From Octopus sinensis (taxonomy: Eukaryota), in the NCBI RefSeq assembly GCF_006345805.1, contig NC_042999.1:124372001-124436000 (forward strand): a stretch of DNA of 64,000 bases, given 5' to 3'. Shown one piece after another: positions 53,791 to 64,000 of this stretch; positions within the stretch are counted from its first letter, which is position 1, and the number at the start of each line of letters is the position of its first letter. Below the pieces are notes generated by a model that was not told where the DNA came from, ran no database searches, and worked only from the letters and a program-made list of their open reading frames with translations. The translations under genes were made by a program, and so were the position numbers.

Positions 53791-53842
53791 CGTCTCCGAT
53801 GAAGGGATATAATTAATAAATATCCTGGAAACAGCTGTAAGA
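53791..53842 (+). ncRNA. Hammerhead-like motif, variant or decayed
   Basis: UCU-CCGAUGA-AGGGAUAU..AUAUCCUG-GAAA-CAGCUG-UA/AGA; U4C change and weak helix I. Confidence 0.4.
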
Positions 53843-53939
53843 ACTTCTATCTATAAATGTTCTAATATCTACACAGCCTTGGTTGTTTTTCTCATTACGC
53901 AAACAATTCTTATATACACATATACATATAATATATATA

Positions 53940-53981
<42 letters not shown>

Positions 53982-53989
53982 GATGTAAA

Positions 53990-54425
53990 AAAAACACCCA
54001 GTACACTCTATTAGAGTGGCTGGCATTTGAAAGGGCATCCATCCATAGAAACCATGTAAATTGCAGCCAAATCTTCTTCAAACATCATCGTGCCAGAACA
54101 AACAAGAGAGCTTGGTGCAGGGCCCCAGCCTTACCAGCTCTTGTCAAAATGGACATTAAATGATGATGATGATGATGATTGTGGTGGTGATATTTGTGCA
54201 TATGTGTGAGTGCGTGTGTAAGTTTGTGACTCCTTCTCATGACATCGTGTGACTGTAAATGAATATAATTCATTTCAAATATTCTGCAAAACGATGTCTG
54301 GCCATGGAGAAATATTATCTTGCTTCATAACAAGTGGGAATATCCATCCATTGAAAATCTGCCTAAGTATACTCTGCAAAAGCCATGCATGCAAGGAAAA
54401 GTGGACATTAAAACGATGATGATGA
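53990..54425 (+). mobile_element. Two family C SINE-like 3' fragments
   Basis: GGCATTTGAAAGGGCATCCATCC and two GGACATTAAA...(GAT)n ends. Confidence 0.65.
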
Positions 54426-54963
54426 CACATTTGTGAGAGTTTCTTTATTTTGTAAATCTCACATGTTTATAGAAAGGTTTCCTCACAAATTTTGTACAAA
54501 GCATTTTAGCTATTGTTTGTATTCAACACTTCTCAGAAGTAGCGGTTAAATACAGTTTATACACAGCATTCATGTGTTGTTTCTGTGCAATAAATCACCT
54601 GTAATATACTATAACCTAGTTATTGGTTTTTATACACACGTGCATGCACACTCACACATATACATACACACACACACGCACACACACACACATACACACA
54701 CACACATATATATAAGATATTCTTTCATTTGGTTTTGTATGCCTTTATGTGAGTGTATATAGACAACTATGTAAATAAGACAGCAACCAAACGCCCTAAA
54801 TGTTGGTAGATTCTTTTCCTACTCACTGGCATAGTTTACAAATGCATGCAACACCAAATAAAATTAACAAATGCAGCTCTGAGTTCAGTTCTTCCCATGA
54901 GAAAAATGTTATCTACAAATAGACTGTAAGCCTCCCCAGGTTTAGATTTTCCCCTTATCTGCT

Positions 54964-55192
54964 TTAACCCTTTAGCATTCAGATTACTCTGTCAAATGTT
55001 GTGCTTATTTATTCACTTTGTTTTGAATTTATAATATATTATCCCGTAGCTTTGAAATTTTGATGATGTGGTTGTACAATTTTTAAATGACATTGTTGGG
55101 TAGGTGTGACAATCCAGATCTAGTTAGTTTAAATGTTAAATACATAGAATAATTAGACTAAATATGGCCAGTTTAAATGCTATATGGTTTAT
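54964..55192 (+). mobile_element. TTAA-ended MITE
   Basis: Starts TTAACCCTTTAGCATTCAGATTACTC. Confidence 0.7.
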
Positions 55193-58075
55193 CCACAGAA
55201 ACCAGAAATAAGCATTTTATCAAACAAAGGACTAATTATTAGATGTTATACTTAACAGAAGACTGATTTCTTTTCATTTCAGCATAACTAAATGTATAAA
55301 AGGTACCAAAACCTTTGATAATACTAGCTGCAGTAGTCTAGCCTCTTGTCTGAGAAGCAATCTGTCTATCATTTATTTAATACTGCAGAAAGTGTTCTGA
55401 TTAATCTATGCAATTCATAGGAAAGTTTACTAGTCTACTTCTCATAGAATCACTACTTTGGTAAACTGGGATTATAGGGTTTATCTTCTAGATTGATTGC
55501 TGGTAATATTTTAATTTTAGAACTCATAAAATATTCATGAAAAACTAGAAAACATTCATTAGATGGAGTAATAACCAAGAAAAGTCAGTTCTCTATTAAA
55601 TTATGTATCATAAATTTATCTCTGTAATTCTTACCTCTATCAGTAGAAATAGATAAGCAGAATAATTTTTTATAAAGTATCAAGAGAGAAATGTGGGCAG
55701 ACAGTTTGATAAGTCATTAAACTGTCGTTTTATAGGTATTTTATTTTTGATAACAATGATTTAATAGTCAGAGGGTGAAAAATAGATGTGACTGGACAGG
55801 AAAGAGAAAATTATGAAAGAAAGATTTTTTTAATATAACAAAAAGTAAGCTTGAAAAGAATGTCTAACTCTTAATTCTAACAGCTGCATGTAGGACATGT
55901 AATAAAATCTTTTGTCATTTATTTTACTATTTTCTGTATATCAGTATAGAATAGTTTATTCCACTAGTCATTCACAATACCCAGTTTATCAATATCTTTG
56001 TCTTTGTAACACAAAGCAGTAATCACAGTAGCTGCATAGCAAATCACATAAGCATGTTTGCAATATTTTCTTTAGCTTATATTCACAGTGATATTTTAGT
56101 TCAAATTAGCATCATAATGTAATTACTATGGAATTCAATTCATTCTAATACTTTATAAACTATTTTCTTGCCTCAACACCAGTCTGAAGGCTAACAAGCC
56201 AATGAAAATGAATGACATATAGGTAACAGCTTATAAAATATGATAATGGATCATACTTATGAATACTTGGAAAATATAAACTGCACAAAAATTCCTTGTT
56301 AAGTATTTAGGTTAAGTCATCCATTTTTTTTTTTTTGTATAAGTGACATTTCCAATACAATAACTATGATTTCTGTATACATTGAGACCAGACAGCAACA
56401 ATTTGGCAGTGAATGAATTAGTTGATAAAGAAATAAGACATTAGCTTTTTGTCAAAGAGTTAATTTTGAAGAGGCTCTTTAACCTTTCAGTAAGTGGTTT
56501 ATTTTCCATGGTACCATTGGTCAGCCAGGGTTTGTATTGATAACAATGCTTTTGTGACAAATTCCATTCACAGCCAACAGTGACCAATATATCACTTCAT
56601 TTATCAAAAGGTTAAGTAGCATCAATTACTTAAAGAGATGATTTTCCCAACTTAAAAATCAATTACAAAACTTGTACTCTTATAGCTCTTTAAATTGGTT
56701 GTGAAACTTTGATGGCAAGCCAACTTGATAGCATACATGATCAATACATGGCTGAACTAACAGCAGAAAACATCAGTAAGCACTACACTAACAACTAGTA
56801 AATGAGGCATACTTACTGTTTTATTTTATTTTCTAAGTTATATTTTCTTTACTTTTCTATGTGTCTGCTTTAGTTATTTTTTTTGTTTTATATTTTTATT
56901 ACTTTTTTAGCCAACATAAATTCTACTCTGAAAGAAACCATGTTATAAATTAAAGAATCACTTCTCCCAAATAGGACTGATAATTCTATAATATTAAACC
57001 CTTAAAATTGAATTTATTGCTGCAGTAGCAAATCAAAATCAATTACAACAATAAGATATTACATTTCAGTTATGACGAGCACTTGAAAAATTGATTGGGC
57101 CATTCAAATCTTTATGAGTAAAGTAATAAAGGATTTTCTGTGATATGGGTTTGAACTTAACTCCTTTACTGAACTTATTATTCACCAGTGTACCATCACA
57201 TGATGCAAGAATATGTCTCACTATTGAACATAAGTCTTACTATTAAAAGTGTGAGAAGAGTTTGATATGTGAAATGATGCTGAAAATAGGTTAAAAATAT
57301 TTCTTAGTTGAACCAAAATTACGAAGATTGTCTTTTATTTATTGACTTCTTTTATAGCTGGTTTGACACCCCATTGGCTAATTCTTTGTCATACCATTCA
57401 ATGTGCTGGTTTTGCCTTCAAGATGTTTTCTGTTTTTAGAGTTGTACAAAGATGTCTCATTGCCAGTCAAGCTGTGCAATTCTCAGCCTTAAGCCCTGTT
57501 GATCACAACACTTTATATTTACAATTCTAACAATGGATAGAAATAACACAATCATATCTCGTATCAGGCCATAATCAATTCTTTTTTTTTTTCTCACACG
57601 AATAAAGAGAGCAAATGTTATTCTTGGTAACTGTCAAAGAAATTGAAGACAAAGAATTCCCAAATCTTCAGGTCTTACATATGTCATATTCCTACATATA
57701 TTTTTTTTTTATTACAATCATTCTACCTTTAATCAAATGCAAATAACATTAGATTGCATTGTAAGGTTTAAATTATATTCAGCTTATGATTATTTTGATA
57801 AATTTGTAATGTGACATTATTAAATATAAAAATAAAGTGTGAGCTAAAAGAAAATAAAACTTATTTTTAATTGAAAATCTTGTGATATAGAACAGATTAA
57901 GAAAAATTTAATTTTAAATATGATTTTCCATCAGACAATATAATTTAAGTTAATGCAAAAGTTCAATGTTAAAATAGGAGTAAAACCCATCTGTCAGCTG
58001 AAAGTCAAAAATAAAAGTAACAAATTGACTACCATATTGAACAAAAACAATGATATATAATACCAAGAAACTCAC

Positions 58076-58134
58076 TGGAAATACTGAAATAATCACTGGT
58101 CCTTCAAATGAGTTACCATCATCATTTAAAATGT
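58076..58134 (-). CDS. Candidate 59-nt exon (xILNDDGNSFEGPVIISVFP)
   Basis: ATATTTCCCAG| acceptor, CCA|GTGAGT donor, single open frame. Confidence 0.3.
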
Positions 58135-60219
58135 CTGGGAAATATATTTTTATACAATAGCTAAGAAGAAAAGACATTGTTTAGAGCCCATATGTATTTT
58201 TCAAGATCAGAATGTATGATGTTGAGAGATATATAAAACTTAAAGAGTTAAATATTAGTGAATGGCAGATGTATAAAGAAATAAATATATCCAACTACAA
58301 ATAGGAGGCTGGGATTTTTGGAGATGAAGCAAAACTATAATCCATTTCAACAGACAAAGGAAGTCACACACACAGGAACAGAATTTTAATACAAGGAAGT
58401 TTATTGAGAAAGCTAAAGACTTTCTTCTGATGATGATGTAGAAGGATGATAATGATGTAAAAAGTTGGTCGGATTAACCCTATTACTATGGAAATCAGAT
58501 ATATCCACTCAAAATTTCATTATCCAAAACTGCATAAAGCAGTTTTATATACCAATCTATCTTTTATTGTGGAATGTCATGTTTGAAACTATTTTCTGTT
58601 GAGATATGTCGAGTTTTGAGGCAACATGACTTTCAGAAAATATCAATTCTGTTTCATGATAGATCTTAACATAATTACCAGAATAACCATAAAATCTGAT
58701 TTCACAGTTTAAAGGATTTGTAATATTTCATGAATCTAGAGACAAAGTGAAATTGTTACATTTGATGTAATTCTGTAAATCTGAAATTATGCAAAAAAAA
58801 AATGTTTGCTTGTGATTTGGAATTTCTTTGAGAATTTCTGTAATTTGCTATTACCATTCTCATTGTGTTGTAAAGCAAAAACTTTAGTATTTTTAGTTTT
58901 AATTAAATGCATAAATATAATGAAATAATGACTTAATCTTGAAGGTGGAACAAAACAAACTTTACTCAGGAAAGGTTGAACATTGATTACTCAATAGTAA
59001 CAAGTGTGAGAAGCCAGTAAATTTTTAACCAATAAGACTGAATGTTGTTTTTTTGTCACAGGTAAGCCATAACCAAGTAGATATAGGATCAAAAGCATTC
59101 CAACCTTGAACATCACATCATCTTCCTCTGTACAGGGAACTCAGAACCAGACTATCTTTTCCTAAAACCAAGGGACATGATTTGAAGGATATTTGGCTGC
59201 TATCTCAAGCAGGTTGAGCAACCCACCCACCCCCATAGAGATAATAAGCAAATTTACGGGAACATTGATGGAAAATTTGGCATGGTACAGCAAAATCTGA
59301 AAGGGAAAGGCAGAGACCCAACAAAAGAATAGTAGAAAAAGACAACGCAGATTCAAAAACTGTGGAGATAAATCGTTGATAGACAATGCTCCACATGGCG
59401 TTAAGGGTTAAATAAAGTTTGATCGATCTTTGCTCATGAGTGAAATTGGGTGGACAGACACTGTTCAGAAAGCAATCAGCTTGATTGCATTTGTAATTTT
59501 AAGGTGCAGCCTCATTGCATTGTGTCACACTGAGAAGCACATTAAAGGCACACATATCTGTGGAATGTTCAGCTAAGTCAATGAACAGCTAATTCAATTG
59601 ATCAAATGACTGAATACTCATTGTTGGAATCAATGATAAGATCCATTAAGATTTTTACTAATACACCATAAGAGTAGATTTTTTTGCTGATATGATTGAC
59701 TTAACTCTGTCCTTTAGAAAAGTTAACTCATTAGAGAACTAGTATACATAATGGAGGGGGTGCCTAAAAAGAGCTTGTTGGTTTGATTAATTAATAGTTA
59801 TTTCCAGGTCTGAGATGCATTTAATCATGAATAATATTCTCTTCACTTATTTGATTGGACCAAACATCTTGGAAGGTGCTTTATACATGAAGGTAGGGTT
59901 AGGGTTACGGTCTTGGAAGACACTTTATACATGAAGGTAGAAACTGAAGTATATAAATATATATATGTATGTGTAAATATATATGAATAAATATATATAT
60001 ATTATATACATACATGTATGCATGCATATATGTAGGTATGTGTGTGTGTGTGAATATGTGTACATAAACATATCTAAATATACATATACATATGTATGTA
60101 CATATACATGTATGTATATATGTGCATGTCTATGTATGTATGTTGTATGTATGTATGTATGTATGTATGTATGCATGTATATGTATAATTGTGTGTGTGT
60201 GGGTGTGGGTGTATTTATA

Positions 60220-60420
60220 TATAACTATAAATAAGGGCAAAAGTAAAAATTTTCCTTGCCAATATACTGAAATAGACTCTAAATCATCTTACCACATTAA
60301 AATATTTTCACTTTTACTATTACATATGTGTCGAATATTTTAATGTAGTTAGATGAATTAGCATTTATTTCAGTATATTGGCAAAAATTTTTTTTTCTTT
60401 TGCCCTTATCTATAATTGTA
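60220..60420. repeat. ~200-bp hairpin element
   Basis: ATAAGGGCAAAAG...TTGCCAATATACTGAAATA / TATTTCAGTATATTGGCAA...CTTTTGCCCTTAT. Confidence 0.8.
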
Positions 60421-60494
60421 TTTATAATTTCACCTTTCAAGGTGTTTTTAAATTTTATCCTTTTATTTGAAGTGTATATATAAATATATATATA

Positions 60495-61184
60495 CTAGCA
60501 GTATCCCCCGGCGTTGCTCAGGTTTGTAAGGGAAATAACTATATAAGCATTTTTAGAGAGTTATAGCCAAAAAATAGCAAAAAAATGCATTAAAAATGGA
60601 AAAAAATTATAATAAATTATTTTTAAAATCGTAGACTCATTGTAGACGCGCGCTAATACCCAGAAGGGCTCGATATGAATCACGACTATAAGATACCCGC
60701 TTTTGGTTACACTGCACCGCAAAATGTGGGAGTAGTTAGGAATCTAAATCGTAGGAGACAGACACACAACTTGACTTTTATATATAAAGACTAGCAGTAT
60801 CGCCCGGCGTTGCTCGGGTTTGTAAGGGAAATAACTATATAAGCATTTTTAGAGAGTTATAGCCCAAAAATAGCAAAAAATGCATTAAAAATGAAAAAAA
60901 GTGATGGTAAATTTTTTTTAAATCGTTGACTCATCGTAGACATTTTTAGAGAGTTACTTCCCTTATATAATAGCGAAAAAAATGCATTAAAATGGAAAAA
61001 AATTATGGTAATTTTTTTTTTAAATCGTAGACTCATCGTAGAGGTGCGCTAATACCCAGAAGGGCTCGATATGAATCACAACTATAAGATACCCGGTTTT
61101 GGTTAAACTACACTGCAAAATGTGGGAGTAGTTAGGAATCAAATCGTAGGTGACAGACACACAACCTTACTTTTATATATAAAG

Positions 61185-61185
<1 letters not shown>
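60495..61185 (-). mobile_element. Head-to-tail Helitron dimer (60495-60790 and 60791-61185)
   Basis: Each unit has a TC start and a CCCGAGCAACGCCGGG-type hairpin + CTAG end on minus; the junction is CTAG|TC with no spacer. Confidence 0.85.
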
Positions 61186-61239
<54 letters not shown>

Positions 61240-61242
<3 letters not shown>

Positions 61243-61540
61243 TCATTGTCACAAATTTCCATTTGACCCTAACTGCCAAGGATTTGGTGACCTTCTGTGT
61301 CTGTTTTTCATTTGTTTGTACATATATATATATATGTGACCTCGTGTGTACCGTTGGCGATTTTTTTTCCTCTGTCTTCCCTTCTCTGGATCTTTCCTTC
61401 TCCTATGTTTCTGACAAAGAGCTCCACTCAAAACGTTAAACCCTCCTTCTTTCCTTCTTTCCTGAGCGTCCAATAATACTATATTTGTTCCATGTCCTCA
61501 CGTTGTTGTCTTTTTTGTGCTTTCTTGTTTGGAATAACTA
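61240..61540 (+). mobile_element. Penelope-like 3'/pLTR relic with a decayed hammerhead-like core
   Basis: CTGACAA-AGAGC-TCC-ACTC-AAAAC at 61411-61434; homologous to 15440-15660. Confidence 0.4.
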
Positions 61541-61633
61541 TATATATATATATATTTATGCATGTATATATAAATATGTGTGTTGTGTCTGTGTGTAATG
61601 TATGTATGCATATATATATAAACCACAAATGCA

Positions 61634-63698
61634 GTTTAAAATTTAAGACACCTGTTTTGTTTAGATTTTGTTGATGCATCCATAGATTACATCATGCCAT
61701 TATATTTGCCATCTTTAGGTAAATCAGGTATAAACAGGTGAGATAATACCTTGCTGGTGATGAATCTAGCCAATATTTTTGGACAGATGTTGTTTTAAAA
61801 AGTAACGTTTGAATTTATAGAGAAATTAGAAAGAATGGCTATAAAAGGCATGCATGAAGCAAAGAGTGCGAATGAATCTTATTTCAAAACAGTTATCTTA
61901 ATTAGTTTATAGCCAAAACTGGGGGATGAGGGCGATGAAGTTGAGGACGTCCAGGAAACACAGACATGCTGTAGTCAACAGATGACCTTAAAGTCATTAA
62001 AGCCAGGAAGATATCTTGTCAGTTAAGTGAGATAAAAGAAAGCAAACCTCAGGGCAGCAGAAAGTCATAAAACTGTCATCACACATTGATGCACTTGTAC
62101 ACACACACACACACACACAACTATATATACATATATATACACATACACATAAACACACACATACGCAAACACACACACATACATTTACACATACATATAC
62201 ATATACACACATACATATATATAGAAAAACACATAGTATATGTACACACACACACATATATATGCACATATACATGCACACACACACATACTCATTCATA
62301 TATATACACACATTCACACACACACACACATATATATAATGGAATAATTACTATGTAGCATTGTGTAGAATATATTGTTCTGGCCTTACTCACAATCCTT
62401 TATACAATATATATATATATATATATATACATACACATATATACACACATCCACACATGCACACACACACACATATATGTATACATATACACGTGCCTGC
62501 GTGCACACACACATACACACACATTCATCCCTGAATTTATATACTTATATAAAAATATAGAGATATAAACCAAACAATATAATACAAAAAAAAAAGATAT
62601 ATAAGAAAGTGTAAGTGAATAACAGTTAATTAGGAGGTCATACACTGGATTATCAAATACTTCATTATTTCTTGAATACAGACTTTGCAAACAAATATAA
62701 TGAGAATGCCTAACCAGGATCCTGATGACATAATGTAGCATATAACTTAAGCTGTATTTAAAGATTTAAATGATATCTAAGTGAGACGAGTATACTTACT
62801 TTACAGGGTACAGTTAAATAGAAGCTAAGACATATTATTTGAAGCCTATTAGGTTACTGGTTTCAAAAATGAAGATGTGCTTCTAATAGGATAAGAGCAT
62901 TTCACACTAAGTTCATTAGATTTGTTAAAGATATTACCTGAACATTTGAGTATTTCCCATAATTTAGCACAGCAAAGGGTGCACCCATACCTATAATTTA
63001 AATAGGGTAATGCATATTTTATTTCGCTCAAGGTAATTTGGAATCTAATTTCTTTCTCTTTTAATTCCCAATTTTTTTCCACAAGTGATGTAACCATAGC
63101 CTTATTATGATTATTGAAAATATAAGACTGGTTATATATTCTCTGCTTGAATTTGTAAGAAGTAGAACCAATATAGGTAAAAGATTTTAGGTTAATTATT
63201 ACATCACATCTATAAATGATAGTTAGAGGGTGTATGAGTTGGTTTTTAAAATTACATAATTTAGGAAATTTATGGCCAATAGTGCTTCTAGTATTATCTA
63301 AGAAGCAATTAATTGACCGCTAAACTAACAAGATATCTTCCTGGCTTTAATGAACTTAAGGATACCTCTTGGCTACAGCATGTCTGGGTTTCTTGCACGT
63401 CCTCATTGTCAGTTTTGGCTATAAACTAATTAAGATAACTATTTTGAAATAATGTAGTCATTTAATTTCTTTGCTTCTTGCTTGTCCATTATAGCCACAC
63501 CTTCTAATTTCTCTATACATTCGAATGCCATTTTTTGAAACACCACTTATCAGAAAATGCTGGTTGGACTCATCATCGTCAAGGTGTTTTCTCACCTGTT
63601 TATAAAATTTTACCTGAAGATGGTGGGTGATGTACTATGATGTAATCTATGAATACATGAATAATATTCTACTGAAACAGCTGCTGTGAATTTTAAAC
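61634..63698. repeat. Diverged ~390-bp inverted repeat pair (~61634-62025 / ~63320-63698)
   Basis: Shared blocks include GTTATCTTAATTAGTTTATAGCCAAAACT, CAGACATGCTGTAG, CATTAAAGCCAGGAAGATATCTTGT and TATAAACAGGTGAGA. Confidence 0.85.
62938..62990 (-). CDS. Candidate 53-nt exon (GMGAPFAVLNYGKYSNVQ)
   Basis: CCCTATTTAAATTATAG| acceptor, CAG|GTAATA donor. Confidence 0.25.
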
Positions 63699-64000
63699 AC
63701 TATTTGTGTTCTCTTTTATACCTATGCCACACCTAGAACAAACCCCAGAGTTGGATCTACTGTAAAAATTGGATTTGATACTTACATATCTATGGTATCC
63801 TGCCAACACATGATACCTTCATAGTGGTTTTACCTCACTGTGAACCCTATTATATTGTATATAACCATTTGGTGCATCTTACATTTTGCTGTGCCAAGAT
63901 TCTAATGAATCTTTTAACTAAGATAGGATACATGCATACACACATACATACACATACATGCATGTGCACACACAAATGCACATACACACACATACATATA

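Noticed and set aside
58850-59000. Possible hAT dimerisation-domain relic (TQERLN)
   Set aside because: A single short motif; the surrounding frame could not be reconstructed.
59903-59917. TTAGGG telomere-like sequence
   Set aside because: Only about two units; expected by chance or from a small local repeat.
62858-62882. 25-nt minus exon (KHIFIFET) that would link the 62938 and 58076 candidates in frame
   Set aside because: It needs a 55-nt intron and a weak donor, and it shows how easily in-frame chains can be built by chance.

Overview
AT-rich, microsatellite-saturated animal DNA. The SINE, MITE and Helitron repertoire looks like a coleoid cephalopod, probably Octopus (recognised from memory, not from a database search). 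I found no intact long protein-coding gene, rRNA, tRNA gene or CRISPR array, and nearly all ORFs in the supplied track are microsatellite translations. The window contains (i) four recurring SINE-type families; (ii) non-autonomous Helitrons with TC...hairpin-CTAG ends; (iii) decayed transposases: piggyBac (~19.1-20.6 kb), mariner (~40.2-40.6 kb) and an internally deleted Tc1/mariner-superfamily copy (~52.3-53.1 kb); (iv) many long hairpins and inverted repeats; and (v) a few short candidate exons of an unidentified, possibly long-intron gene on an uncertain strand. The most interesting signal is a set of minimal type I hammerhead ribozyme motifs (CUGANGA...GAAA + 6-nt palindrome + UH). One copy at ~8205-8286 (minus) keeps every conserved core nucleotide and lies inside a perfect 57-bp inverted repeat. 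Several decayed relatives sit in inverted pairs, consistent with Penelope-like or retrozyme-type elements. All alignments and coordinates were done by eye, and repeat boundaries are approximate.
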